The position numbers and the translations under genes are program-made. From Bugula neritina (taxonomy: Eukaryota; Animalia; Bryozoa): a stretch of DNA of 64,000 nt. Each line of letters opens with the position of its first letter. The stretch's first letter is position 1. The stretch spans positions 24,213,319-24,277,318 of the forward strand of contig OZ037768.1 of NCBI GenBank assembly GCA_964035545.1, written 5' to 3'. The notes beneath the pieces are model-generated. The model did no database searches. It saw only the letters and a program-made list of their open reading frames with translations, and was not told the DNA's origin. Shown here piece by piece: positions 62,801-64,000 of the stretch.

Positions 62801-63819
62801 AGGTAATGTGTCACATCATATCAGGTAATGTGTCACATCATATCAGGTAATGTGTCACATCACAGCAGGTAGTGTGTCACATCATATCAGGTAGTGTGTC
62901 ACATCATATCAGGTAGTGTGTCACATCATATCAGGTAATGTGTCACATCATATCAGGTAATGTGTCACATCATATCAGGTAATGTGTCACATCACAGCAG
63001 GTAGTGTGTCACATCATATCAGGTAGTGTGTCACATATTATATGCTTTGTTATTTGTATATCTTTGTCTAATGTGTTTATTTTTTATACAGCGGAAAACT
63101 TTCCAGTTTCTTTACTGTCAAGGAGCTGTAACTATGAGAGCAAGTCAATGTTGGCCTATGTAAGTATTATACACTGCAGTGTAAGTATTGTACACTGTAG
63201 TGTAAGTATTGTACACTGTAGTGTAAGTATTGTACACTGTAGTATAAGTATTGTACACTGTAGTGTAAGTATTGTACCTTGTAGTGTATGTAAGTATCAT
63301 ACAATACATATTGTAATGTGCTACTTAGACATATACTTATGATTATAGAGCATATACTTATCAAGTATCATTGCTTTGCTGAATTTCTCATTGGATAAAT
63401 CTTCAGCTGTGAGAGTTATCTATTTGTGTTAGTTATGACAACTCCCAGTGCTCATTGTACTAAATACATGACATAGTAACACATGTCACTGTGTCATAGT
63501 GTCACATGTCATAGTGACACATGTCACTGTGTCATAGTGTCACTGTGTGTCATAGTGTCACTGTGTGTCATAGTGCCACTGTGTGTCATAGTGCCACTGT
63601 GTGTCATAGTGTCACTGTGTGTCATAGTGTCACTGTGTCATAGTGTCACTGTGTGTCATAGTGCCACATGATATGGTAACGCAGAGCTGTTATCTGTTTT
63701 ATAGAAGAATCAGCCTGGCAAGATTATCATACTCTACGATGAAGATGAGCGGGTGGCCCCGAAAGCTGCCACAACACTTGTGGAACGAGGCTATGACAAC
63801 TTGTTTCTACTATCTGGTG
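59870..63819 (+). CDS. CEP41: Centrosomal protein 41 kDa (rhodanese-like domain); 3' end beyond window
   Basis: Exons approx 59870-59917, 60098-60161 ([19 protein letters not shown]), 60394-60441 ([12 protein letters not shown]), 60820-60881 ([20 protein letters not shown]), 61507-61561, 61773-61920, 62237-62406 ([20 protein letters not shown]), 63092-63158 and 63705-63819 ([11 protein letters not shown]...[14 protein letters not shown]). Confidence 0.93.
61572..61756. repeat. 30-bp array (alternating AAT/ACT variants) filling a CEP41 intron
   Basis: 6 copies of TCAGAGTTGATATGCAGTTTATTCTCTA(A/C)T. Confidence 0.93.
62391..63036 (+). repeat. 22-bp array spanning a CEP41 donor (TGTCACATCATATCAG|GTAGTG)
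   Basis: About 29 copies; the first lies within the exon. Confidence 0.97.
63159..63298 (+). repeat. 21-bp array starting at a CEP41 donor (GTAAGTATTGTACACTGTAGT)
   Basis: About 6-7 copies. Confidence 0.93.
63480..63668. repeat. 18-bp intronic array (GTCACTGTGTGTCATAGT)
   Basis: About 10 copies near the acceptor. Confidence 0.9.
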
Positions 63820-64000
63820 GTACGTCTCATCTCTGATGGGATACTTCGTTTATAGTAGATGCAGTGTTTCATTGTAACTCATAATTAACACATTTCGCAA
63901 TCACAAATATTTTGATACAATCTTGGAATGAATATGCAACCTTGTCTTCTTTCTTGACTTGAAAAAGCTGTAATAAAATACTGATTATAGATGTATTTAA

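Overview
Gene-dense, AT-rich animal (invertebrate-like) genomic DNA with spliceosomal GT-AG introns; no prokaryotic features, and the species cannot be assigned from this window. Nine multi-exon genes can be built by hand: a large coiled-coil protein (+, 5' end outside the window), a proline dehydrogenase with a hydroxyproline-type active-site Ser (-), hedgehog (-), an MS4A/CD20-like tetraspan protein (-), three tandem PAN/apple + fibrinogen-domain (FReD) genes (+), EGFR (-, with two candidate signal-peptide first exons) and CEP41 (+, 3' end outside the window). The most striking signal is that many otherwise short introns are filled by their own private minisatellite (12-42 bp unit). In at least ten cases the unit is a copy of that intron's own splicing signal: exon end plus 5' splice site, 3' splice site plus exon start, a GT..AG mini-unit, or the TACTAAC/TACTGAC branch motif. 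This creates arrays of roughly 3 to 120 decoy splice signals. Exon coordinates were read by eye and may be off by a few bases; repeat copy numbers are estimates.
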